64,000 nt of DNA, from contig JABHAL010000015.1 in assembly GCA_018674305.1 (NCBI GenBank), positions 30,683-94,682 on the forward strand, given 5' to 3'. Of the stretch, positions 49,290 to 58,270 are shown in pieces. Positions within the stretch are counted from its first letter, which is position 1. Every line of letters begins with the position of its first letter. The translations under genes were made by a program, and so were the position numbers. Under the pieces are notes generated by a model. The model searched no databases, was not told the origin of the DNA, and saw nothing but the letters and a program-made list of their open reading frames with translations. This DNA comes from Candidatus Falkowbacteria bacterium. Lineage in GTDB: Bacteria; Patescibacteriota; Patescibacteriia; UBA11705; JABHMO01.

Positions 49290-50544
49290 ATGATTTTTGG
49301 TCTTTCTCTAATTCGTATCTATAATAAATATAAGTAGCAACTAAAATAACAAACATTGAAGCCAACATAGCATAAATAACCTGAGTGATTGTTTGATGAA
49401 AGAAAAACAACAAACTAATTTGTAGTAATAAACCTACAACAAATATATATAAAATTTTAAATTTTGAAACTGCCAAAAAATAGCGAGAATAAAGATTGAC
49501 AATTGAAAACATCATCATGGCGATTCCAAATAAACCGATATATTTAGCGATTCCTAAATATTTTGAACCAACTAATACTTTAATAATCAAGGTTGGCCAG
49601 AAAAAATACACTAAAATTATACAAACTGAGGTCAAAACAACCAAGAATAAAGTATTTTTCAGCAAATTCCTCTCACTTCCTTCTTTCTCGGCCCGAGAAA
49701 TCATTGGAAAGACGACTGTAGCTATTACTCCTGTAATAAAAAATATGACCTTGCCGATAATTGAAATCGCTCCATATTGACCAGCTTCCTCTGGTGATAA
49801 AAAATATTTTACTAATAATACGTCTGCATTATAAAATAACCCTAAACACAAAGTAACTACAAACGTCGGCATTAGGTATATTAACATTTCTTTGGAATCT
49901 TTCAATTTTCCGGCTCTGGGCCTGATATATTTACGGATCGGAAATAAGCTGATTAAATACCCAAAAACCGCTGCCAGACTAACACCACCAATCACACCGC
50001 TTAATCCAAATGACAAACAAACAAAGGAAATCGCAAACAAAATCTTCGTTATTACGTTTACAACGCCAAGCCACGACATTGCAAAAAAATTTTCCGTACC
50101 ATTCATTATCCCTTGGTTAACCGCCGACGGAAATGAAGCTAAAAATAAAACTCCGAGAATAACCACCGGCCAAAAACTATCCAATTTTAAGAATCCAGCA
50201 ATTAGCGGACTTGCTGATATAAAAAGGATAAATATGACAAAACTCCAAAATATTAAAACTTTTGTGAATGAATTAAATAACTGAGAAATTTTTTCAGGAT
50301 GATTCTCAGCTTTGAAGTCAGCTGTATATTTAACGATCATGGTAATCAACGTAGCCGCTGGAACAGAAACAATGTACATTAACGAGATCAATGCTTCAAA
50401 CTCTCCAAAAGTCTTGACATCCAACATCCGACTCATAATCAAATGAAATAAAAAACCTCCGGCACTGGCTATCATAGTACCAACAAAATATATAAAACTA
50501 TTGCTAAGCAATTTACTTTTTTTGACTAGCGCAATCGGATTCAT
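49276..50544 (-). CDS. MOP-superfamily polysaccharide flippase (Wzx-like)
   Basis: About 12 TM helices, no soluble domain; operon position after the GT and sugar-nucleotide genes. Confidence 0.55.
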   Translation of the reverse strand: MNPIALVKKSKLLSNSFIYFVGTMIASAGGFLFHLIMSRMLDVKTFGEFEALISLMYIVSVPAATLITMIVKYTADFKAENHPEKISQLFNSFTKVLIFWSFVIFILFISASPLIAGFLKLDSFWPVVILGVLFLASFPSAVNQGIMNGTENFFAMSWLGVVNVITKILFAISFVCLSFGLSGVIGGVSLAAVFGYLISLFPIRKYIRPRAGKLKDSKEMLIYLMPTFVVTLCLGLFYNADVLLVKYFLSPEEAGQYGAISIIGKVIFFITGVIATVVFPMISRAEKEGSERNLLKNTLFLVVLTSVCIILVYFFWPTLIIKVLVGSKYLGIAKYIGLFGIAMMMFSIVNLYSRYFLAVSKFKILYIFVVGLLLQISLLFFFHQTITQVIYAMLASMFVILVATYIYYRYELEKDQKSYVRQ

Positions 50545-51324
50545 TTAACTATTTTTAATAAATTCAATTATTAATTTCTTCACCCTATCAGCATTTTCCC
50601 TCATTGTGGCAAAAACCATTTCTAGCGTAACGGGCTCTTCACCCTCTTTCCAGCAATCATAATCTGTTGACATAGCAATTGACTCATATGGAATTCCAAG
50701 TTCATTAGCTAAAATTACTTCTGGCACAGTACTCATATTAATTACATCAGCCCCTAAGGCTCTAAACATATGACTTTCAGCTTTTGTTGAAAACCTTGGG
50801 CCCTCAATTGTGACCATAGTCCCCTTTTCGTAAAACGAATAACCCAGGTTATGTGCTATTTTAATTAATTTTTGTCTTAATTCTAAATTAAATGGTTCTG
50901 CCATTGGCGTATGAACTACTGTGTCTTCATGAAATGTTAAATTGCGATGTTTTGTAAAGTCAATAAATTGATCAACAAAAACAAAATCCCCAGGTTTAAT
51001 TTGCTCACGAAGTGAACCACATGCTGTTGTTGCTAAAATATGTGTACAACCTTGATCCTTCAAAGCCATAATATTCGCCCTGTATGGAACTTTGGTTGGC
51101 ATGATCGTATGACCTTTGCCATGTCGAGCAATAATCACAACCTCATGCTGCCCAATTTGACCAGTTGTTAATTTACTTGAAGGTTTACCAAACGATGTTT
51201 CAACCTCAAGTTCTTGATAATTTTCTAGCAACTTCGGGTCGTCAAGACCACTTCCCCCAATGATTCCAAATTTATGCATATAGCTCAAAAAAGAGATTAA
51301 GTGGATAAGAGACTGAGGACACAA
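50545..51324 (-). CDS. mtnP: S-methyl-5'-thioadenosine phosphorylase (PNP family 2)
   Basis: KFGIIGGSGLDDP...ARHGKGH...TTACGSL motifs. Confidence 0.8.
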   Translation of the reverse strand: MCPQSLIHLISFLSYMHKFGIIGGSGLDDPKLLENYQELEVETSFGKPSSKLTTGQIGQHEVVIIARHGKGHTIMPTKVPYRANIMALKDQGCTHILATTACGSLREQIKPGDFVFVDQFIDFTKHRNLTFHEDTVVHTPMAEPFNLELRQKLIKIAHNLGYSFYEKGTMVTIEGPRFSTKAESHMFRALGADVINMSTVPEVILANELGIPYESIAMSTDYDCWKEGEEPVTLEMVFATMRENADRVKKLIIEFIKNS

Positions 51325-51341
51325 AAATCTAATACCAACTT

Positions 51342-51707
51342 CTAATTAATACGTTTTTTATAGTTTAATATGAATTCATTGATCCCGATAAGCAAACCTG
51401 CATATTCTTTTTCTAATTCTTGATAAACTTCTTCTGAAACATAATTCAACTGAAAAGAAACTAACAAATGACTTCGTGTCTCTTCCAGCTCTCCCCTTGC
51501 AATGTATAAAACTCGAATTTTATCTTTAAAATGAAATCTACCATGACATTCTGCAATATTTGCAATAATTGAATTTGCTGCTCTTCTTAATTGTTGCGTC
51601 AAAGAAAATTTTTCTTCTTTAGGGAAATCTGCTGTAAGTTCATAAATCTGTAATAAAAGCTTATTACCTTTTTGCCATACACGCAACTCCTTAAATGAAA
51701 CTCCCAT
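51342..51707 (-). CDS. Four-helix-bundle protein (TIGR02436-type, as found in 23S rRNA intervening sequences)
   Basis: ELRVWQKGNKLLLQIYELT...QLRRAANSIIANIAE signature. Confidence 0.7.
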   Translation of the reverse strand: MGVSFKELRVWQKGNKLLLQIYELTADFPKEEKFSLTQQLRRAANSIIANIAECHGRFHFKDKIRVLYIARGELEETRSHLLVSFQLNYVSEEVYQELEKEYAGLLIGINEFILNYKKRIN

Positions 51708-51767
51708 ATTTAAAATGTAATTTATCTTATTCCTCTCAATCTCTTTATCTCTGAATCTCTATTCTTA

Positions 51768-52289
51768 TCACTCTGAATCGTACGAAACTAAATGTTTTAA
51801 ATTATATTTTTCAAACTTTTCTCGTCCACCAAGAAACGGAAGGTCAACAATTAAACTTACACCGATAATATCACCACCTAATTTTTCAACCAATTCAATT
51901 GAAGCGCCCAATGTTCCTCCGGTAGCTAATAAATCGTCAACGATTAGAATCTTTTCACCAGGTTTAATTGTGTCTTCATGCATTGTCACTGTATCTGGGC
52001 CATATTCTTTCATGTAAGAAGTTTCAACAGTTTTGTATGGCAACTTACCCTTCTTGCGAACTAAACACACGCCAACGCCCAAATTATAAGCCATAGGTGT
52101 CCCCAAAAGAAATCCTCGTGCATCAAGAACCACAATTTTATCAATCTTTTCATTTTTAAATGGCTCAATCATTTTATCAATCACATAACGAAAAGTTTCG
52201 CCATCTTCAAGCAGAGTGGTTATGTCTTTAAAATTAACACCAGCAATTGGCCAGTCAGGAACTTCGCGGATTTTAGATTTAATGTCCAT
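51768..52289 (-). CDS. apt: Adenine phosphoribosyltransferase
   Basis: PRPP-binding ILIVDDLLATGGT and full-length Apt similarity. Confidence 0.9.
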   Translation of the reverse strand: MDIKSKIREVPDWPIAGVNFKDITTLLEDGETFRYVIDKMIEPFKNEKIDKIVVLDARGFLLGTPMAYNLGVGVCLVRKKGKLPYKTVETSYMKEYGPDTVTMHEDTIKPGEKILIVDDLLATGGTLGASIELVEKLGGDIIGVSLIVDLPFLGGREKFEKYNLKHLVSYDSE

Positions 52290-52423
52290 AAATTTTATTT
52301 AGTGATTTATCAATGATATTTTATCACAAATAAACACATCAAGGCAAACATAATTCAATTGACAATTGATTAAATTTGTGCAAAAATACAATATTAATGA
52401 ATTTTAACAACTGGAGGAATATA

Positions 52424-53224
52424 ATGAAACTGGCGATCATCTCTGATGTCGGTGGAAATCTTGTTGCCTTGCAAGCACTATTTGCAGACCTACACAAACA
52501 TAAAGTTAATGCGATCTTGTGCCTGGGAAATACTATTGGTTATGGTCCAAACCCACGCGAGTGCTGGGAATTGACCATGGAACGAAGAATGGTTCTCACT
52601 CGCGGCGAAATGGAACATTGGCTTGGTCAAGGCATTTATCCACCAAATCAAACACCACAGAAATATCTTTTTCTGGAATTTACTCAAAAGGCCCTAATCC
52701 AAAAGCAACTGGATCAAATGTCTCAAATGACAAAAGTGAAAAAGATCCCCTTGGACAACAAAAAGGGTACGACTGGTCAATCGTTGCTAATGGGTCACTC
52801 AAGTTTACTTGCGAATGAAGTTGGTCAATCAGTAAATACCACCGGCCGTATCTATACGGAATTTGAAATTCTAGACAAGCACTTTCAAGAAGCTAATATT
52901 CTACTTCTTGGCAACAACACTTTTCCGATCTTTATGTCATCACGGGGTCGGTACGTTGAACGTACCTGCGATAAATTCAATCAACGTCACCATTTGCACA
53001 GTGATCATAAATATCTGATCAACCCTGGTGCAATTGGCCGTCCCATGGATGGACATGTGCTCAACAGTCGAGAGATGATGCCTTTCACCTACGCAATTCT
53101 GACAATTGAAGATAATGACGTCAGTGTTGTTTACTATCGCGTTCACTATGACCCGACTGAACACTTGAAGGCTATGACTGAAAAAGGTTTTCCGCCTGAG
53201 TTCATTCGTAAATTCACAGGTTAA
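52424..53224 (+). CDS. Calcineurin-like metallophosphoesterase homologue with substituted metal-binding residues (probable pseudo-enzyme); GC-rich
   Basis: IISDVGGN (expected DxHGN), LGNTIGYGPNP (expected GDxxDRG), LLGNNT (expected GNHE); GGAGG ribosome-binding site before the ATG at 52424. Confidence 0.5.
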   Translation: MKLAIISDVGGNLVALQALFADLHKHKVNAILCLGNTIGYGPNPRECWELTMERRMVLTRGEMEHWLGQGIYPPNQTPQKYLFLEFTQKALIQKQLDQMSQMTKVKKIPLDNKKGTTGQSLLMGHSSLLANEVGQSVNTTGRIYTEFEILDKHFQEANILLLGNNTFPIFMSSRGRYVERTCDKFNQRHHLHSDHKYLINPGAIGRPMDGHVLNSREMMPFTYAILTIEDNDVSVVYYRVHYDPTEHLKAMTEKGFPPEFIRKFTG

Positions 53225-53256
53225 AACAACTACAACGGATCTCACAAGGTCAACTT

Positions 53257-53295
53257 ACCTGCCGAAGCTCAACAGAGCAAAGGCAGGTTTTTTAT
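53257..53295 (+). terminator. Rho-independent terminator (acctgcc...ggcaggt tttttt)
   Basis: 7-bp stem plus T6. Confidence 0.7.
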
Positions 53296-53438
53296 TTTCA
53301 GTTTTCGATGAATGTTTGATTATTCAAGGCCTGTGTTTTGTGTTTAATGTTACGTGTTATGTGTTACGTGTCTCGTGATAACGACTTGTCCACATTGCTC
53401 AACTAATTTAAAAAGGTTAGAATTAAATAAGAACAGCA

Positions 53439-53678
53439 ATGGAGGAAGTTATGGATGCTGAACTAAAATCCCTTCAAAGTGCGGACTGTCCTTTGCATGG
53501 ATGTCCAGGACTTCTAATGACCAATGGCAGTAAAAAGACATTACAATGCCATGTCTGCAAAACACCCATCTCTTCGGTTGAGGACTGGAGAGACAAAAGC
53601 TCCAATAGTACTCTTCACCAAACGAAAGAGGCTCGACTGAACCGACTAAACTACAAACGCCAACATTGGCTTCCTTAA
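53439..53678 (+). CDS. Small zinc-ribbon protein (C-x4-C ... C-x2-C), GC-rich; start 53439 or 53451
   Basis: CPLHGC...CHVC; GGAGGA ribosome-binding site; followed by a terminator. Confidence 0.35.
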   Translation: MEEVMDAELKSLQSADCPLHGCPGLLMTNGSKKTLQCHVCKTPISSVEDWRDKSSNSTLHQTKEARLNRLNYKRQHWLP

Positions 53679-53689
53679 ACAAACACAAA

Positions 53690-53717
53690 GGCGTGAAACA
53701 TCACGCCTTTTTTATTT
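53690..53717 (+). terminator. Rho-independent terminator (ggcgtga-aaca-tcacgcc + T-run)
   Basis: Perfect 7-bp stem followed by tttttt. Confidence 0.7.
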
Positions 53718-53750
53718 ATCAAAAAAACACCACGTTTTGTGATGTTTTCT

Positions 53751-53825
53751 TGGCAGGGGCGCCAGGACTTGAACCCGGTCTAAAGGTTTTGGAGACCCTT
53801 GTGCTACCATTGACACTACGCCCCC
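53751..53825 (-). tRNA. tRNA-Trp (anticodon CCA), 75 nt, CCA-encoded
   Basis: Manually folded: acceptor GGGGGCG/CGCCCCU, D GUGU/GCAC, anticodon stem AGGGU/ACCUU with loop CUCCAAA, T-arm CCGGG-UUCAAGU-CCUGG, discriminator G, CCA. Confidence 0.8.
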
Positions 53826-53870
53826 ATAAGTGTGTAAACAGAATATCAAAAATTATTCATTTTTACAAGA

Positions 53871-55028
53871 CTACATCGATAGAATCTTTTTGATATATTC
53901 TTCGAGATTATAATTCTTCACTTTTTCTAAACAACGCTCAGACATTTGTATGTACTCCTCCTCGGAAACTGAATCAACCTTAGCCAAAACCTGACTCAAA
54001 GAGCTTTTATCTTTTGCTTGAAAAAGCCAACCTGTCCGCTCAGGTTCAACCAATTCTCCAGCCCCACCAACATCCGCCACAATTACTGGCAAGCCATAGG
54101 CATAGGCTATGGAAATAACTGTTGGTGAATTCTCATAACAAAGACTCGGAACAATTAAATATGATGCCTGAGCAAAGACCTTTTCCAACTGCTCCTTTAT
54201 TAATCGACCATGCAGTTGAACATTGCCTCTTTTTAAATCGGACTTCCCCAAACTTCCATCACCAACAATATGCAATTTACCTTTCTGGGGTTTTTCTTGC
54301 CAAAAATTTACCAGCCATTTAATTCCTTTATGTTTTTCCAATTGGCCGACAAATACATATTCTGAGTTTTTTTGACGCTCAAACTTTTTCTTTAAAACGG
54401 AATCTACTGGATTTCGAATAACCACTTTATGTGAATTAGCAAAAAACGACTTTTTTTCATAAAAGTGTAGTAACCACTTTGAAGGGCTTATCACAACATC
54501 GGGGCTGGCAAATAACCTACGACAAATACTGGTATATATATTAGCAAAGGGTCCTTTTACCATTAAACTATTTTCTTTGCCATGCAAAATCAAACCCGAA
54601 GGAACTGACAATTGAACATCATGCAAAACATGAAAATGCTTTATTTCCAACTTTTTGATTAACTTAGGTAGCAGAAAACTAATTCCCATTAAGTTGTGAG
54701 TGATAACCAATTCTGGTTTTTCGCGAATCAATATTTCTTTAACAACTTTGGAGGCCTTGAAATTGTAAAGATTAATTACTTGCCAAATTAATCGCAAAAC
54801 AAAGTTATATTTCGACGCGTCAGTATAATAAAAAAGATTCAGGGGTCTGAATCGATAAATCTTAACTGAGTTTTCCTCACTAAAACTAGCCTCTTTATTA
54901 GGGTGAGTTGTAATTACAACAACTGAGTGCCCTGAACGTCGAAGGCCCAGCACTGTTTGCTCAACCACGACCTCTGCTCCACCTCTGGCGTATGGTTTAT
55001 ATAGATTGTTGATTAAGCAGATTTTCAT
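53871..55028 (-). CDS. Glycosyltransferase family 1 (GT4-like)
   Basis: MKICLINNLYKPYARGGAEVVV...; C-terminal GT-B EX7E region. Confidence 0.75.
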   Translation of the reverse strand: MKICLINNLYKPYARGGAEVVVEQTVLGLRRSGHSVVVITTHPNKEASFSEENSVKIYRFRPLNLFYYTDASKYNFVLRLIWQVINLYNFKASKVVKEILIREKPELVITHNLMGISFLLPKLIKKLEIKHFHVLHDVQLSVPSGLILHGKENSLMVKGPFANIYTSICRRLFASPDVVISPSKWLLHFYEKKSFFANSHKVVIRNPVDSVLKKKFERQKNSEYVFVGQLEKHKGIKWLVNFWQEKPQKGKLHIVGDGSLGKSDLKRGNVQLHGRLIKEQLEKVFAQASYLIVPSLCYENSPTVISIAYAYGLPVIVADVGGAGELVEPERTGWLFQAKDKSSLSQVLAKVDSVSEEEYIQMSERCLEKVKNYNLEEYIKKILSM

Positions 55029-55032
55029 CTTT

Positions 55033-56196
55033 TTATTTAAGCAACTTATAATAAATTTTTTCCAATTTATCAGTCACAACTGACCAACGATATTTCTTTT
55101 CTACTGATTCTAAACCACTTTTTCCAAAGCTTGTAATCTTGTCAGGATTTTGAAATAAGTAATTAATTTTATTTGCAATATCTCTGCTGTTCTTAGGTTC
55201 AACCAATATTCCATTGATGCCTACGTCAACTACCGATCGAACTCCTTTTAAATTTGAAGCAATTAAGGGTTTCCCACAAGCCATAGCTTCAATCAATACA
55301 ATGCCAAAGGCCTCTGAACTGTTAATAGATGGTAAAATAAAAACGTCCCCTAAGTTAAAATACTTAACCATTAAACTAGGTTCAACATAACCTGAAAATT
55401 TGACTTGCTTCTCGAGTCCTAACCTTTTAGACAATTTTTCAAAGTCAGCCTTCAAGTTTCCACCACCAACAATTAAACATTTAATTTGTTCGTCTTCAAT
55501 TTGAGAAAAAGCCTTAATTAGAAAGTTCACTCCCTTAAAATAGTGCGATGCCCCCAGCCCACCAACAAACAATACTATTTTATCATCCGCAGACAGTCCG
55601 TGCAATTTTAGTAATTCATGATCTTTTTGCTCTGGTTTAAACAACTTTGGAACCCCAAAAGGTATCTCAGCAAACTTATCTATATTTTTGAAATAAAAAT
55701 CTTGAATTCTTGAATTTTCAACATAATCTTCCGAAGAAACAATTATTTTGTCAGCTGATGACAATATAAAATCTAGAAAAAAAGTTCGACAGAGAACTTC
55801 GTAAACCTTTCGCCAACCAGTAAGATTAACGTCCATGTGGTAAGTCAAAACCAATTTCATTTTTGAACCACGAAGCTTTTTCAGAATAGCTACAAAAACT
55901 GAACTACCAAACAATGGATAATGAAAATGAACAATATCAAAACTCCACAACCTCCATAATAGCTGGGGTAGAATTGCCCCAAGTCCAATCTTAATAGGAG
56001 TAAATAAGGTTTTTACTTTGTACTTTTTTTCACTGTTCTGTCCTTTGTGTTTAGGCACAAATACGGTGACATCATGCCCTCGTTTAATAAGTTGTTCAGC
56101 ATAAGAGTGAGCAACCATAGCAATACCGCCAGCTCGAGGAGGCAAAAGACATACCACCTGGGCAATTTTCAATTTTGATTTATTCAATGATTCCAT
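55033..56196 (-). CDS. Glycosyltransferase family 1 (GT4-like)
   Basis: IAQVVCLLPPRAGGIAMVAH...; GT-B fold motifs. Confidence 0.75.
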   Translation of the reverse strand: MESLNKSKLKIAQVVCLLPPRAGGIAMVAHSYAEQLIKRGHDVTVFVPKHKGQNSEKKYKVKTLFTPIKIGLGAILPQLLWRLWSFDIVHFHYPLFGSSVFVAILKKLRGSKMKLVLTYHMDVNLTGWRKVYEVLCRTFFLDFILSSADKIIVSSEDYVENSRIQDFYFKNIDKFAEIPFGVPKLFKPEQKDHELLKLHGLSADDKIVLFVGGLGASHYFKGVNFLIKAFSQIEDEQIKCLIVGGGNLKADFEKLSKRLGLEKQVKFSGYVEPSLMVKYFNLGDVFILPSINSSEAFGIVLIEAMACGKPLIASNLKGVRSVVDVGINGILVEPKNSRDIANKINYLFQNPDKITSFGKSGLESVEKKYRWSVVTDKLEKIYYKLLK

Positions 56197-56764
56197 CTAT
56201 TTGTTGATTATCATTTATTGCATTCTCTATTATAGCGTTTTGTATTACGTTGTCATTAGATTTTCGTTGATCCTTGATGTATAGTGGCTCACAGCTCTCG
56301 AAAAAATCATCCGCCAAGACTGTGCAAGTATTAATAAAGTATAGTGGCCGCTCTCCTTCAGTAATTGCAAGCTTCTGTTCATCAAAATAATGTTGAATAA
56401 TACACTCACTTTGATCATTTTGTCTCAAAATTTTAATATAAGAATAAGTAATACTTGATTCACTTGTTGCTCCTCTATCACTTATTTCAAGTATGCTTTT
56501 TTGTTCACACTTTTCAAACGCTTCAGTAAAACATTTTTTAATTTGGTCATTTCCGCTTCCCTTGTATTCGTCCGGACCTAATCTTTCATACCAAATCCCA
56601 CAACTCTTTTCTGGTGCATTATAAAAATGTTCGACTGGCATTGCTTCAACAAACCGAAAAGATTTCTCTAGTTGTAACTGAGATCCAGGATAAAGAAACT
56701 TCATGTATAAACCACCCAATACGATAGCAACAATTATAATTGACCAAACAATCTTACTGAACAT
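56180..56764 (-). CDS. N-terminally membrane-anchored hypothetical protein
   Basis: One N-terminal TM helix followed by a soluble domain. Confidence 0.35.
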   Translation of the reverse strand: MFSKIVWSIIIVAIVLGGLYMKFLYPGSQLQLEKSFRFVEAMPVEHFYNAPEKSCGIWYERLGPDEYKGSGNDQIKKCFTEAFEKCEQKSILEISDRGATSESSITYSYIKILRQNDQSECIIQHYFDEQKLAITEGERPLYFINTCTVLADDFFESCEPLYIKDQRKSNDNVIQNAIIENAINDNQQIDGIIE

Positions 56765-56767
56765 AAA

Positions 56768-57847
56768 CTACCAAATAATTATAAATTTCATAAACTTGAA
56801 ATATAGGTCTGTAATTGGATTTCCAACCCATTTTAGCAAAGGATTATTAATCTCCATAAAATCCAAGCGCCCAACCAGCTTAGCAAACAATTCGCCATCT
56901 GACAATGCTCTCTTTTTATGCACTTGTTTTCGACGTTCAAATATATATTTCCAGGTTTTTGGCCTTAAAAAATAAAAATAAATCTTTAATTTACTGTAAA
57001 ATGTGTTATTTAACACCGAGAAAAACAACAAGCCTAAATCCATAACTAACATTATAGGGAAAAGTAATAACAAGGTCAACCACTTATAATAAATTAACAT
57101 TATTAAATAACGATTGCGTTCCATAAAGTAGAACATTCGAACACTGCGGGAAAATTCATATTTATGATAAACTATCGACTTGGTCGCTAAAACTATCTTA
57201 TAACCAGCCAAACGAACTTTTAAACTGACGTCAATGTCATCATGATACATATATAGTTCTTCGTCATAACCAATAATTTTTTCTAGAACTTGTTTTTTTA
57301 TTAAAAATGAACAACCGCTGGCATAACCAGGAATTTCCTTAACAGTAATTCCTGAATCATTAGGCCTATCAACTTCTCCATAACCATCAGTAAAACCAAA
57401 TCCAAGATAATGCAATTTATTCCCTACAGAGTTGATCTTTGGCTGCTTCCATTCAGCTTCAGTTTCTGGATACAAAAATATTTTTGACTGTACCACTCCA
57501 ATTTGACTATCATTCTCAGCAGCTTTGACTAATTCATTTAGCCAATCTTTACCAAACTTAGTATCCATGTTGGCAATGACCACATATTCACAGTCATCAA
57601 GTAAAGCTTGCTTTATTCCCACATTATTTGCGGCGGCGTAATTACCATCATAGCGAGGTAAAATTTTTGCCGTAGGATAGGCTTTACTTATAAAGAGCCT
57701 AGACTCCTGACTTGTTGCATTATCAACTATATAAACGTTAACAAATTGACTGTCATAGGTTTGACCCTCTATACTGGTCTGACATTCAGCCAAATACCGA
57801 TTAACATAATCTTTGTAATTTACTAAAACAATACCAACCTTTTTCAT
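56768..57847 (-). CDS. Glycosyltransferase family 2
   Basis: VGIVLVNYKDY...VYIVDNATS, DxD; C-terminal TM. Confidence 0.75.
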   Translation of the reverse strand: MKKVGIVLVNYKDYVNRYLAECQTSIEGQTYDSQFVNVYIVDNATSQESRLFISKAYPTAKILPRYDGNYAAANNVGIKQALLDDCEYVVIANMDTKFGKDWLNELVKAAENDSQIGVVQSKIFLYPETEAEWKQPKINSVGNKLHYLGFGFTDGYGEVDRPNDSGITVKEIPGYASGCSFLIKKQVLEKIIGYDEELYMYHDDIDVSLKVRLAGYKIVLATKSIVYHKYEFSRSVRMFYFMERNRYLIMLIYYKWLTLLLLFPIMLVMDLGLLFFSVLNNTFYSKLKIYFYFLRPKTWKYIFERRKQVHKKRALSDGELFAKLVGRLDFMEINNPLLKWVGNPITDLYFKFMKFIIIW

Positions 57848-57913
57848 ATAACAATAAGATAAAGGAGTCGGAAGAAAGCTACAAAAGATAACAATAAAAA
57901 TTTTATTATCTTT

Positions 57914-58270
57914 TTATTCTTCATTTTCCTTTGATTCAACTTGTTTAAATGCTTTTTCAATAGCAACTTGCTGAACCACTCGACTTAGTTTTTTTTCGTA
58001 CCTTTGCAGTCGTAAATTATATTTGAAAACAATATAAAACAACAAAACAATTCCTAAATATATAAGTAAATCTACTCCCCGACCAACACCCAAAACAAAA
58101 GCGGCCCACGATAATAATTCCGGAAAGAAATTAATCACTCCTACTGCTCCCCAGAAAAATAGCCAAAGAATAAACAGCCAACTGGACATTTCCTTGTGCA
58201 ACAATCTAATTACTGCCTTTATAACAACAACAATAATTATTATTAATATTAAAAATTGAAATAAAGTCAT
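57914..58270 (-). CDS. DUF2304-family small membrane protein (typical partner of DPM1-like GT2)
   Basis: 3-4 TM helices plus a charged C-terminus; 4-nt overlap with the upstream GT2. Confidence 0.55.
   Translation of the reverse strand: MTLFQFLILIIIIVVVIKAVIRLLHKEMSSWLFILWLFFWGAVGVINFFPELLSWAAFVLGVGRGVDLLIYLGIVLLFYIVFKYNLRLQRYEKKLSRVVQQVAIEKAFKQVESKENEE

Noticed and set aside
53666-53893. 75-aa plus-strand ORF
   Set aside because: It overlaps the manually folded tRNA-Trp and its promoter region on the opposite strand, so it is spurious.
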